64,000 bases of DNA from Malacoraja senta (Eukaryota): NCBI GenBank assembly GCA_038087875.1, contig CM075988.1, positions 4,278,001-4,342,000 on the forward strand, given 5' to 3'. Shown here piece after piece: positions 1 through 12,115 of the stretch. The translations under genes and the position numbers were made by a program. The notes beneath the pieces are model-generated. The model did not search any database. It was not told the origin of the DNA and saw nothing but the letters and a program-made list of their open reading frames with translations. How positions within the stretch are numbered: position 1 is the stretch's first letter; each line of letters starts with the position of its first letter.

Positions 1-176
1 TTCTCTCCAATCTTATTATGTTCAGGTCAACTACTGTTAACTGTGATTTCACACCGCTGCTTTGAAGATTGTCGCGCATGCGGGCTGAAGGCCTTCTTCA
101 CGTAATCGCTCATCGTAACTTCTCATAAAATAAAGATCAAATTTCAAACTGGTAAGTTCTCGTTTAATCTTACTAT
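1..176 (+). mobile_element. Right end (right ITR plus extension) of a DIRS1-like retrotransposon extending off the window
   Basis: Aligns by eye to 6827-6999, sharing CTGTGATTTCACACCGCTGCTTTGAAGATTG...GCGCATGCGGGCTG...TCTTCACGTAATC...AAACTGGTAAGTTCTCGTTTAATCTTACTAT. Confidence 0.9.
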
Positions 177-522
177 CATAAAGCAATGATTAATTATATG
201 ATGTAGACCAGTGATTTAATTGCGATTCCTACAGCTCAGGGAACATTATCCAGCTGGTAATGTGCAGAATACGCAACTCAGCAGTCGATGATCGACTGAT
301 AAACACTGGACCTTCATTAAATGTGTATTCAAGGAATAAAGCAAGAAATGTTGGAAACACACAGCAAATAAGACGCCTCAATGGAAATAGAAACCGATTT
401 TCATGTTCAAAAGCCATTGTCGGATCTGGGAAAGAGAGCAATCATATTATTGGTTGGAAGGAACTGCAGACAAAGTTCTCCTGATGCTTAGCTTCCACCC
501 CACCAACCTCCAGAGGTTGGGC

Positions 523-835
523 AGGTCGGTGACGCAGCGGTAGAGTTGCGTCCCTATAGCACTTACAGTGCCAGAGACCCAGGTTTGATCCCAATTACAG
601 GTGCTGCCTGTGCGGAGTTTGTACGTTCTCTCGGTGACCGCGTGGGGATTTTCCGAGATCTTTGGTTTCCTCCCACACACCAAAGATGTACAGGTTTGTA
701 GCTAAATTGGCTTGGTATAAGTGTAAATTGTCCATGGTGTGTGTAGGATAGTGTTAATGTGCGGGGATCGCTGGTCGATGTGGACTCGGTGGGCCAAATG
801 ACGTGTTTCTGCACAGTATCTCTAAACTAAAGTAA
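523..835 (+). mobile_element. HE1-like V-SINE (tRNA-derived head, CR1-type tail)
   Basis: Box A-like GGTGACGCAGCGGTAG, box B-like GGTTTGATCCC, V-domain GGAGTTTGTACGTTCTC...GGTTTCCTCCCAC, (CTAAA)n tail. Confidence 0.85.
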
Positions 836-2290
836 ATTAAAAGATCATCAATGCAATTAGCGCCAACTCCAACAAGACTCCACCACCAGCCACGTGACCA
901 CCTCCCTCTCCTTATAAGCGCATCAAAGGGATCAATCCTTTTGTGACACCCTGATCCACTCTACTATTCCCACCAACAACCCTCAGCGCACTTTCTCATA
1001 ATCTTCTCTTAGGAGGGAATTTATGCTCTATTCTTAGCCAGCATCTGGCTTTATTCCGATAGGCACAGACACAAAATAAAACAGCTCGTAGATCAGTGTC
1101 AGGTCCATCGAACAAATCGGTCTATTGAAGGTCTTAACAGTGCGCATTGTCAGACACTCTGAGAGAACCCAAAGTGTTTCAAAGATTCACAGTGCCTACA
1201 GCATTTTATATTCTCATGACACAATGGTTACTTGTGGATTTGAAATGAATCATCATCGATCAATGTCTCTGTAACCTTTCATCTTTGTCTTTCCCTGGAG
1301 TTATCTTTAACCTTATGTTTTACTTCGGAGTCACGTGAGTGACTATGTGAAGACCCCGCCAGCCCGCATGCGCATCATATCATCTAATGCATTGCGCAAC
1401 GTCCACTAGCTGCTCCACTAGCGGTCAAACCTGAAGGTAAGTTGTAACTTTTTCCAGGTCTGTTTTCTCCTTGCAGGAAGCTCTTTACAGAGTTCCAGCT
1501 GGAGACATTCCGGGGTCAAAATCCCGGCTTCACCCGGCTCCCTTCTACAGGGACCATGGGGGGGGGGGGGGGGGGATCCCAGCTGCGAAAACTGCGGGGA
1601 TCTGGCTCGGGGGAAGCCCGACCACAGACATCGCGGGGAAGCCCTTCTACAGGGACCGCAGAGGGAATCCCGGCTGCGAAAACCGCGGGGAAAATCCGAC
1701 ATGGACTTCGCGGCGAATCCCTTCTACAGGGACCACGGAGAACCCGCTACGGAGACCGCAGAATGCGGGTAGCGGGTGGCGGTCGAATTCGCCTTTTCGG
1801 GTCGCTGGTGGTGGAGCCAGCGGCTTCAGACTGGTGCCGGTAACACCCAGGCAACCCCGCTTGGAGGGTCAGCGACTTCGACTTGGGCAGCCCAAAGGTA
1901 GGCAACCAAACAAAGTGGGAGAGGCCCGGGCTGGACGAGCCTGGCCAGGACGGTTCCCCTCCGACATTCTAGGGTACGTCCTCAGACGTCTTACCCAGCC
2001 TGATATGGTCCACTAAAACAGGGCCATATCAGCACAAGGTCCACGGAGGTTTACGGCAGCACCCGTGTACAGGGCTGCTCACAGATCTCCCTCTCGGTAG
2101 AGAGGCGTGCATTGGTCAGTGTGTGACTGACCCCAACCCCGGAGGAATGTCCATGGCACATGCTGCCATTCATGAGCGTTACTAACGGCATAAACACCCC
2201 TATGCCTCCATGGCATTAGCAGTTATAGTGTATCCTTTCAAGTATATGGCTATACAGGGTAGGCACCATTATGCTGATACCCTCTGATTG

Positions 2291-3228
2291 GCGGCGGGAG
2301 TGGGAGTGGCGGCGCCTAACGGCAGCGGCTCAACTACAGTCGTCAGTCTTTTTTTAATTTTTGTCTTGTTAAATGTATGTCTGGAGCTTAGTTTTTATTA
2401 TTTTTTAGCTGTGTATATGTGGGGGGTGGAGGGGGGGATGTTGGGGAAACCGTTAATCTCTTCCCTGTACGGGGACCCGACTTTTTCCCTGTCGGATCTC
2501 CGATGTTGTTGGGCCTAACATTGTGGAGCCGGCGGCGGCCTCCGGCCAGGACCAACCTGAGGGCTCCAGTCGCGGAGCCTGCGGACCTGACATCGCGGAG
2601 CTGGCCGACTTTGGAGCGGGGAGAGCTGTGGTGGCGTGCCGCTGCGACCCGATTTTGGAGTTTCGGAGGCTCCGGCTGCGGGCCCGGTGGACAGGAACAT
2701 CGGGAGCTCCAGGTCCCTGGTGGGAGACCACTTTTCGGAGCTCCCGCAACGACGACTTCTCCCGCTGGAATCGCGAGGTTCAAAGGACACGGACGGGACT
2801 TACCATCGCCTGCCGGGGGCTCTAACATCGGAGCCCCAGTTCGCCTAGACACTGCAGTTGGACTGCGGGTTGGACTGCTTGAACCGTGGGGTTTGAAGGG
2901 CGCGGAGCCGGGGCCTAGCATCGCCCGGCATGGCTGAATGGCCACGGGACTTACCATCGTCCGCCGGGGGCTTTAACACCGGAGCCCCAGTTCGCCTAGA
3001 CGCTGCAGTTGGACTGCTGGACCGCGGGTGAAGAATAAAGGGAAGAGATAAGACTTGCCTTCCATCACAGTGAGGAGGTGTTGGAGACTCACTGTGATGG
3101 ATGTTTATGTAAACTGTGTTAAGTGTGGGTATTGTGTTTTTTTGGTTTTTTTTGTAATGTAAAACAAAACTGTAGGAATGAAATTTCGTTCAAGCCTAGG
3201 CTTGAATGACAATAAACAGCATTCAATA
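2291..3228 (+). mobile_element. GC-rich non-coding retroposon, copy A (nested in the DIRS element)
   Basis: Shares CCCTGGTGGGAGACC.CTTTTCGG.GCT.CCGCA.CG.CGACTTCTCCCGC with copy B; two conserved hairpins; LINE-type tail TTTCG-stem-TGACAATAAA. Confidence 0.75.
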
Positions 3229-3801
3229 ATTGTATCAGTTCTACACATAGTGGCGTCATGGTAATTCTGCTCATTAAAGGGACTGTGGAAGATTCTTCCC
3301 CGAGACGGCGAGTTTAGTCATATCAATAAAGTAATCAAATCTTTGATTTAACTGGGTGGGCGTCTTCGTTTATGTAAACGTCCCATGATAAATAACTGGC
3401 AGGTTTTTCCAGCATTTCTCCCACTAGGTCTGGCATACGGGGGCTAGAGGCACTCCAGACCTTCCCTGTAGACTGCATTGGCATTGGAAAGGAGCAACTA
3501 GTCTTGGCGGCTGCTGCAGGAAGCAACCTGACAAACCCCAACTCAGAGTGAGTGCCAAGTCTTGGGCATCTATGTCAGACAAGATTGCGACTCATCACAG
3601 TCAAGAACGCTCCATCCTAAGGCATGTCAGATAGCAGCTCCTGTTTCAGTGCAAATTTCCTCCCACTCAAAGGAACGGAGTGGTAGAGGGTGCTACAGAA
3701 GTGCACATGTGCCTGAAGCGACACCTGTTTCAGGGTTGCAATTCCTCCCACTCGATCGAACGTAGTGATGGAGATGGTGCTAAAATAAATGCACACATGC
3801 C

Positions 3802-3991
3802 TGAGGCAGCTCCTGGGTCAGGTTGCATAAGTCCTCCCATTCGGATGTAGGAAGGATGAAGCTGGTTGAGGCAGCTCCTGGGTCAGGTTGCATAAGTCCT
3901 CCCATTCGGATGTAGAATGGATGAAGCTGGTTGAGGCAGCTCCTGGTTCAGGTTGCATAAGTCCTCCAATTCGGAGGTATGAAGGATGAAG
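3802..3991. repeat. Three tandem copies of a 65-bp unit
   Basis: TGAGGCAGCTCCTGG.TCAGGTTGCATAAGTCCTCC starts at 3802, 3867 and 3932. Confidence 0.9.
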
Positions 3992-4199
3992 ATGTAGCCA
4001 TATGATGCCTCCTGTCACGGATACAAGTTGGTAATATGTACACTTGTTTTTTGTACAGATGACAATGATAACATGAGATTAGTTTATACTGCACAGCATA
4101 CAAGCAAGGGAGTTGCCTTTCAAGGCAGGCTCGCAATTATGGCAGATGTGGCCTGTTCATTGTCAACAGGTGCAACTCGCATGTGCAGTATAGACATTT

Positions 4200-5483
4200 C
4201 TGAATAGGAAAATTTGTGGCTGTTTAACTTCCATGGGATCAGTTTCCATTCACAGGGCACTGGAGATATTTGAAATTTAGCTGGATGGTGCAGATACAGT
4301 TAGAAGCGTTGCAAAATGGGCTAACTTCAGCTCCCAGGTTCTTTACCAAATTACTAAAACCAGTGGTTCAACTGCTCAGAGCTAAAAAACAATTGTTCTG
4401 GCCAAACGGGATGACATTCTAAACGCTGTATTTTCCCAAATTAGCTGTATCAGCCACCAAACTATATTTGAGAAATTGGGTTTCTCACCCATCCAGTTAC
4501 ATTTAAGTTGATACCAACTGAAATTATTGATTATTGGGATTTACCTTTAACTCTATTAATTTGTCTGGGACTCCGCCCTGAGGTAAGAGATTGGAATTAA
4601 TTGAAGCCTGTAACATCCTTGTTGTTGCTATCAAGCAGCCTTCTATTCATCAATTATAATTGGCAATATATTGGCTTTCAGCTGTGCTATTTGGCCTTTG
4701 CATTATCAGTGTACACGTGCAAAGGAGTAAGCTCTCAAGTACCATGTAGGTCATTGTTACCAGACCTAGGCTATTCCAGCTGAAACTATCAAACTCACCA
4801 TGGTGGACAAACAGTATTGAGCATTGCTCCACTAACTTTTCAGCAGTAAATCTTCAGTTAATTACAAACTGACGCTATTGCTCAAAGATGGAAGGCGGAT
4901 GGGATTGCATGAGTTGCCAATTCTTCAGTTATAAGGTATCAACTAACTATAGACACTAGATGCATTCTATGGTTAAAGGTTTGTGCGGATATGCATGATC
5001 TGCATGCTCAAATCCAAGTTGATGCACTTTGGTGGTGGTATGTTAATCACATGGGTGCAACCAAGTTAAAGTATCCAGTGATAGTTTACCTACCCTCATT
5101 TGGCACTGGTGTATCATTATGTAAAATCAATGACAACACAGAATGGATGTTGGATCACAAAGTATTTAATAACATTGTGGCTCGATGGAACACTAAAAGA
5201 TCCAGATATTTGCACCCAGGCTCAATCACCAGTTGCAAAAAATATGTGGCATATCAGTGGCGATGGATGCATTCTCGCTACACTGGGGAGGAATGTTCTT
5301 TTATGTCTCCCTCCATTTTGCCTCATCAGACGGGTCTTGCAAAAAATTCAGCAAGTTCCCGCTTCAGGCTTCTTCGTAGTGCCTGACTGGCATTTACAGC
5401 CATGGTTCCCGCTGATGTGGGGAATGATAATAGAACCTTATATGGTTATTTCTAGACACAAAGATTTGCTGGTTGAGCCATGA
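4200..5483 (+). pseudogene. DIRS RT / RNase H / methyltransferase-like ORF remnant
   Basis: LQNGLTSAPRFFTKLLKPV (4309-4365), degenerate xxDDIL (about 4410), LQTDA (4862-4876), LPPFCLIRRVLQKI...VVPDWHLQPWFP (ORF 5100-5483); many frameshifts. Confidence 0.85.
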
Positions 5484-5599
5484 CACGGGAAACCATTCTC
5501 TGCATGATAAAATCAATTCATTGACTTACAGACTTTGAGAAGACCGTTCCTGTGGCTCAGGTTGTTAAACCAAACCATGGACATGCTCACTGCAGATTG

Positions 5600-6450
5600 C
5601 GGGGATAGCACCAAATAAGCTGTATTTCCTCATAAGGAGATGGGAAGTAGTTGTTTAATGGTAATATTACGTTTTAGCATGGATGACTGACGTCTTGAAG
5701 TTCAGGTTATATGGGTTTTGACAAATATTAAGTTAAAGTGCCATTTATTGTGCCGAACATGCCTTCTCATCATATTGGCTGCGGGGAGCAGAATCCACTC
5801 TGTTGGGTCTCGCTGTCTGATATCTAAATTATGAAGGGTATCTTCAAACTCAAAACCCCCCAGGCCCAGGTACGCAGAGATATGGGATGTTAACATTGTG
5901 CTAACGCCGCTTCGCCGGTGGGATCCAGCTACATCCCTGTCCTTGGTCAAACTCACTTACAAAGTGGTTATGCTCATGGCGCTGAGTCCAGCACAACGGG
6001 TCCAGTCATTGCATAAGCTAGGGACTGGACAGGATGATTATATCTGCAGGCAAAATAACATTTTATGGTTATGTCTTAGTCAAGCAGAATAGACCAGGGG
6101 CATCAGGTCTTAAACTAGACTTGTTGGCATATCCCTTGGACCTTCGGTTGTTTGTGGTCACACATCTACACCAGTATGCTAAGGTCACTAAGAGCTTAAA
6201 GACTCTGAACTAGCAATATTTGTTAGTTACATAAAGCCTCATAAGTAGGTATCACTACAGACCATCTCCAGGTGGTTAACAGGTTCTGGCTTTTCCAGGA
6301 GTGAACCCTGACATTTTAAGTCTCACTCCACCAGGGTTGCAACCACATCACCAGCAGGGTTATGGACGTTTCGCAGGACCACATCCTAGTGGCTGCAGGA
6401 TGGTCAAACGAACGATCTTCCAAACATTTTAGAACTAACCCATTGCCAGG
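5600..6450 (+). pseudogene. DIRS tyrosine recombinase remnant
   Basis: LTYKVVMLMALSPAQRVQSL (catalytic Arg box), FKSHSTR at 6315-6335 (HxxR), ILVAAGWS; frameshifted. Confidence 0.85.
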
Positions 6451-6667
6451 CCTGGGGTATTTGCCAATTCTATGTTCGGTTCTGTTTATAGTTTCCTCCT
6501 GGTTGAGGGAGGTTACTATTATCATTAATTGTTCATTAAAAGCATCAACATGTCTATATCTATGTCATGTCTGAATGCATTATTAATGTTCACTCATCAT
6601 TGGTCAACTGATGCAGTGTGTGACACATGGACTCGTTTCCACGGCATGAAATCACAGAGCTTTGAAA

Positions 6668-6780
6668 TCTTCACGTAGTCACTCACGTGACTCCGAAGTA
6701 AAATAGTAAGATTAAATGAGAACTTACCAGTTTGAAGTTTGATCTTTATTTTATGAGGAGTTACGTTGAGGGATTACGTG
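6668..6780 (+). other. DIRS internal complementary region (ICR)
   Basis: 6668-6702 is complementary to the left end 1319-1353; 6701-6780 is complementary to the right end 6922-7001. Confidence 0.93.
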
Positions 6781-7648
6781 CCCTCCACTCCCAACCCTCT
6801 ATCATAAAGGTCAGCTGGTATGCTAGTTCTCTTATCTTACTATGTTTAGTTCGACAACTGTCATCTGTGATTTCACACCGCTGCTTTGAAGATTGATGCG
6901 CATGCGGGCTGGCGGGGTCTTCACGTAATCCCTCAACGTAACCCCTCATAAAATAAAGATCAAACTTCAAACTGGTAAGTTCTCGTTTAATCTTACTATT
7001 TACTGTTATTTAGTATACCACTCTCCCCATTTCTAGCATAAATGTATGGAGAATTGATGGGGTAAGTTTATTAAAAATGGCTGTTAATTGCTAGGTACAG
7101 TGACAAAGAACAGCTGTCATCTGAAGGTTGCAATGGATAACATTCTGGACAGAACTGTGAATAACTATCCCGTCTTCGTACTTGGATCACCTGGTATAGA
7201 TAAGGAAGCCTGTTTTTCAACAGTGTGTATATTTTAATTAACCTCAGCTATTTACAGCCCCCAATATTTATTTTAACTAACTAGCTGTGCTGTGCAAGCT
7301 CATTGACACATCTATTTATTACCTTCCTAGCTTCCTTAGGATCGATATGTTGGCCATTTTTCCCATCCTGCTTCCCCAGTAATGTAAGATCTCGGGTTAA
7401 ACAGATTATAACCTACTCATCTTCCTTATAATTTTCAACATCTTGGACAAGACTGCTTCTAACAGCCTCGTTAACCCGTTTGGTCCCACCCCATCAGAGA
7501 TATTTCCTTTGTACTTTACATCACTCTACCACTTACTCTGAAACCTAAAACTAAATGAGTTTAGTTTAGTTTAGGCATACAATGGGGAAACAGGCCTTTC
7601 GGTACACCGAGCCCATGCCGACCATCGATCGCCTGTACACTAGTTCTA

Positions 7649-7940
7649 TGTTTAAGAATAAGGGGTAGGCCATTTAGGACTGAGATGAGGAAACACTTTT
7701 TCACCCAGAGAGTTGTAAATCCGTGGAATTCTCTGCCACAGAAGGCAGTGGAGGCCAATTCACTGGATGTATTCAAGAGAGAGTTAGATATTGCTCTTTG
7801 GGCTAACGGAATCATGGGATATGGGGAGAAAGCTGGAACGGGGTACTGATTTTGAATGATCAGCCATGAACATGTTGCATGGTGGTGCTGGCTCGAAGGG
7901 CAGAATGGCCTACTCCTGCACCTATTTTCTATGTTTATAT
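7649..7940 (+). mobile_element. CR1 LINE 3' fragment
   Basis: Encodes LRIRGRPFRTEMRKHFFTQRVVNPWNSLP, followed by the CR1 3' UTR. Confidence 0.85.
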
Positions 7941-7959
7941 GTTTCTATTCCAATTTCGC

Positions 7960-10465
7960 ATCCTACTTACTAAAGGGCAATTTACAGAGGCCAATGAACC
8001 TAGAAGTCCATACATCTTTGAGAATGTGGAAGGAATCCAGAGCAGCCGAAGGAAACCCATGTAACCACAGGGAGAACATAAAAAAACTCCACTCCAACAG
8101 CACCTGTAGTCAGGATCAAACCAGGGTTTCTGGTGCAGTGAGGCAACAGGTCTGCTGCTGCGCCACTGTGCCGCCCTTAAGATGCCCTTAACGTGATCAA
8201 TCTGATGAATGACGTTTGGGCCTGAAACGTCATCGTTGATTCGACACAGACAGCACTCAGGGCCAGGATCTTTCCTTAGATGCCGCCTGGCCTGTTCAGA
8301 CCTTCCAGCATTTTCTGATTTAATTTTAAATTTCCAACATGTGCAATTTTTCTGATTTTAGTTTAGTTTAGAGATACAGCGTGGAAACAGGCGCTTCGGC
8401 CCACCGAGTCCGCACCGACCAGCAATTCCCGCACATTAACACTATCTATGTACACTAGGGACAATTTTCACTTTACCAAGTAGCCAATTAACCTACCAAC
8501 CTGTATGTCTTTGGATTGTGTAAGGAAATCAAAGGTCTCGGAGAAAACCCACGCGGTCACGGGAAGAACATACAAAGTCCGTACAGAGAGCACCTGTAGT
8601 CGGGATCGAACCCCTGTCTCTGGCGCTGTGAGCGCTGTAAGGCAGTGACTCTACTGCTGCGCCACCGTGCCGCCCATTATGCAACAGGCATACGCTCGGC
8701 ATGTAGGAAAAATAAAACTATTGCTCTATATTGTATCTATAACTTAATATGCTCATTAAAATTCATCTTGGATGTTTTGACATAAAGCTTGTCCTCAATC
8801 ATAAGATGCAGAAAGCACTCATTGGCAAGAAAGAGAGTTTAAGACAAAGGAATAAAATAAGAGAGAGTTGGTGCATATATCTGGGGTTTGATAACATCTG
8901 ATTAACCTGTATCTCGATCTTGGAACACTGAAAGATCTGAGCATCTCATCTGAAATGTCAGTTTGCTTTTTTTTGTTCTGATTTTTAAGCATCATTTGAA
9001 GCATATGATACCTGGTTTTCAATGCTCAAGAACCGTATTGATTTGAAGAGTAAATTATAACTAAGAACCAATGCTCTAACATCTGTCAGCTTCTGAAAGA
9101 AGAAAGCTAGAAAACGATTTATGTGTGATCTTATGTCAGGACTGGCTGTTAGCTCCATTTTCCTTTGGAAGCTAATTGCCCTGTTATGTATTTGTACAGC
9201 TTCTGATTGCTATTTCACAATTCCTGCAGTCCAGCCCATTTCTTTTCTTTCATCTCTGGGAATGTTCTTTTGATCCCAAATGATAGCATCTCCTGCATCT
9301 GGTTCAAAGTTATTGCCCACACTCAAGAAACTGCTGAATTATTTTTAAAAATACTGATGTGCTATGTCTTATCAACCATGGTTAATGAGTTCAATGAAAG
9401 GCTGCCTAACTGCCCTAGACTGTATCGTGGCAGGTTTGATTGTGACTTGTAAACTAAACTAGTTTAGTTTAGTTAAGCGACGCAGCGCGGAAATAGGCCC
9501 TTCGACCCACCGAATCCGCACTTGCCAGCGATCCCCGCACATTAACACTATCCTGCACACACTAGGGACAATTTTACATGCATGCCAAGCCAATTAACCT
9601 ACAAACCTGTACGTCTTTGGAGTGTGGGATGAAACCGAAGATCTCGGAGAAAACCAACGCTAACTGTCTCTTTCCTTCTTCAAAACTCTATTCTTTTGTT
9701 TTGGTTCCTTTATAATCATTTCCACAGTGTTATTTGGTGGAGAATTAATTGTAGGTTTCTGTTGGCTTGCTGATGTTTCCAATTTTTATTTCCTGAAGCA
9801 AGGGGGTGGAAAATAAGTTTTGATTGATTTTTTGATTGAAAGATGCAGCATCGGAAAAGGCCCTTCAGCCCATCGAGTCAGCACTGACTCACTTATTCAC
9901 ACTAGTTCTATGTTATCCAACTTTCTGGGTGGCACAGTGGCGCAGCAGTAGAGTTGCTGCCTTAAAGCGCCAGAGACCCGGGTTCGATCCTGACTACGGA
10001 TGCTTGCATGTACGGAGTTTGTACGTTCTCCCCGTGACCGCGTGGCTTTTCTCCGGGATCTTCGGTTCCCTCCCACACTCCAAAGACGTACAGGTTTGTA
10101 GATTAATTGGCTTGGTAAAATTATAAATTTTCCCTGGTGTGTGTAGGTTAGTGTTAATATGCGGGTATCGTTGGTCGGCGTGGACTCGGTGGGCCGAATG
10201 GCCTGTTTCCGCACTGTATCCCTGAACTAAACTAAACGACACTTTCAAATCCATTCCCTACATGCGAGAGGCAATCTAAAGAGGCCATATTAACCAACAA
10301 ACCCACATGCCTTTGGGATATGGGAGGAAACTGGAACACCTGGAGGAAACCCGCGCGGTCACAGGGAGAATGTGCAAACTCCACACATACAGCACCCGAG
10401 GTCAGGATCGAACTTGTGACTTTGGCGCTGTAGGGCAGTGGCTCTACTGCTGCGCCACTTTCATG
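7960..10465. mobile_element. Cluster of HE1-like SINE copies (about 7960-8175 -, 8357-8675 -, 9451-9660 - partial, 9927-10237 +, 10270-10465 -) separated by unique DNA
   Basis: Same head, V-domain and tail as 523-835. Confidence 0.8.
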
Positions 10466-11004
10466 CCCCTAAGAATTCCAGCACCTGCTGTTCCTTGTAT
10501 CTCTAAATCGCCATCTCCCTCCCTTGATTCCTGTTAACCTCACCTTTTCCAGCCCATAGTTTCATCATTCCCTGCCAAACGAAATTTCTCCTGAATTCCC
10601 TGTTTAATTTCTGGTCTTACAACTGCAGCCTAATTGTGTTCATCTCCAAAGTGAAAATTCTCTGTGTCAACACATCAAACTGTAGATTTTTATTTCTCAA
10701 GAAAATGTAAGCAATATCATCTTGCTCCCTTGATGTATAACAAGTTGCTCCACTCCCATCTTTTTAACAATATTGTGACCATCACTATACATTCTGTGTG
10801 GTATGACAACAGTTCAATGCACAGGTTTAGCACCTTTTGTTCATTCATTTCAATCCTCCAAAAATAGACCGGCATTTGTTTTCATTTTGTAATAGCAATT
10901 AACCTGTATCACAGCTAATAGCTTTTGGTGCTGTTGTCGAATTACTTTCCATACAATGTGTATCTCCAGAGTTCTAATGGAGAGTTTTGGAACCGAAACA
11001 GTAA

Positions 11005-11178
11005 AAGGCCTGTTCCACTTTTATGGCCAGGAGGTCGTAGGTAGGTCGTAGGTAGGTTGTGATGCTAGTCGTAGGTACTCGTGGCATCAAGTAGGTCGGG
11101 GCGTTTTTTCAACATGATGAAAAATGTCCACGAGCAAAAAAGGTTGTGAATTAGGTTGTGAAAGCGGGGACAGGCCCT
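11005..11178. mobile_element. Harbinger/PIF-type MITE
   Basis: Imperfect TIRs AAGGCCTGTTCCACTTT / AAAGCGGGGACAGGCCCT with TAA/TTA flanks. Confidence 0.7.
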
Positions 11179-11340
11179 TTACTCTGTTGCTCTCTTCACA
11201 GATGCTGCCTGACCTACTGAGTGTTTCCAGCACTTTCTGTTTTGATTCAGATTTCCATCACCTGCTGTTATTTTCATATTTTTGTTTAATCTGGTTATTT
11301 TCTTCTTATCATACTTTATATCTTGAAATGAGTTCGCCAA

Positions 11341-12115
11341 GGATGGCACAGTGGCGTGGCTGGTGGAGCTGCTGCCTCACAACATCATGATGAAAGAATG
11401 GAGCGGCTGGGCTTGTATTCACTGGAATTTAGAATGATGAGAGGAGATCTTATAGAAACATATAAAATTATTAAGGGATTGAACACGCTAGATGCAGGAA
11501 ACATGTTCCCGATGTTGGGGGAGTCCAGAACTAGGAGCCACACTTTAAGAATGAGGGGTAGGCCATTTAGAACTGAGATGAGGAAACACTTTTTCACCCA
11601 GAGAGTTGTGAACTTGCCTCAGAATTCTCTGCCTCGGAAGGCCGTGGAGGCCAATTCACTGGCTGCATTCAAAATAGAGTTAGATAGAGCTCTTAGGGCT
11701 AGCGGAAACAAGAGATATGGGGGGAAGGCAGGAACGGGGTACTGATTGTGGATGATCAGCTGGCTCGAAGGGCCGAATGGACTACTCCTGCACCTATTGT
11801 CTATGTATCTATGTATCTTTGTATCAGAGATCCAGGTTTGAATCTGATCGTGGGTGCTGTCTGTGTGGAGTTTGCATGTCTCCCTTGTGACCGCGAGGGT
11901 TTCCACCAGGTGCTAGGTTGCTGGAACGAGGTTTCCTCCCACATCCGAAAGGTGTGTGGGTTTGTCGGTGACTTGGCCTCTGTGAATTGTCCCTGATGTG
12001 TAGAGTGGAAGTGAAGGTAGGATAATCTAGAGCAAGCGTGAGTGGCTGATTGATGGTCTGCCTGGTCCCGGTGCTCCGAAGAGCCTGGTTCTACGCTGAA
12101 CCTTTAAACAAAACT
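11341..12115 (+). mobile_element. HE1-like SINE interrupted by a CR1 3' fragment (about 11388-11822)
   Basis: SINE head stops at 11387 and resumes at 11823; the insert encodes ERMERLGLYSLEFRMMRGDLIETYKI. Confidence 0.8.

Larger units (their letters stand above)
1319..7001 (+). mobile_element. Full-length, degenerate DIRS1-like tyrosine-recombinase retrotransposon
   Basis: Inverted terminal repeats 1344-1377 and 6894-6927; internal complementary region 6668-6780; TTT at both ends; RT, RNase H, methyltransferase-like and recombinase remnants inside. Confidence 0.93.

Noticed and set aside
2388..2957. ORFs of 100-190 aa in the GC-rich retroposon copies
   Set aside because: Open on both strands because of high GC; no frame is conserved across all copies.
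3802..3991. CRISPR-like regular repeats
   Set aside because: Units are contiguous with no unique spacers, there are no cas genes, and the context is eukaryotic.
9660..9815. Strong minus-strand acceptor followed by purine-rich sequence
   Set aside because: All three frames hit stops soon after the acceptor; no recognisable protein.
9927..10000. tRNA-like box A/B sequence (also in many other copies)
   Set aside because: SINE heads; no complete cloverleaf, and always followed by the V-domain and tail.
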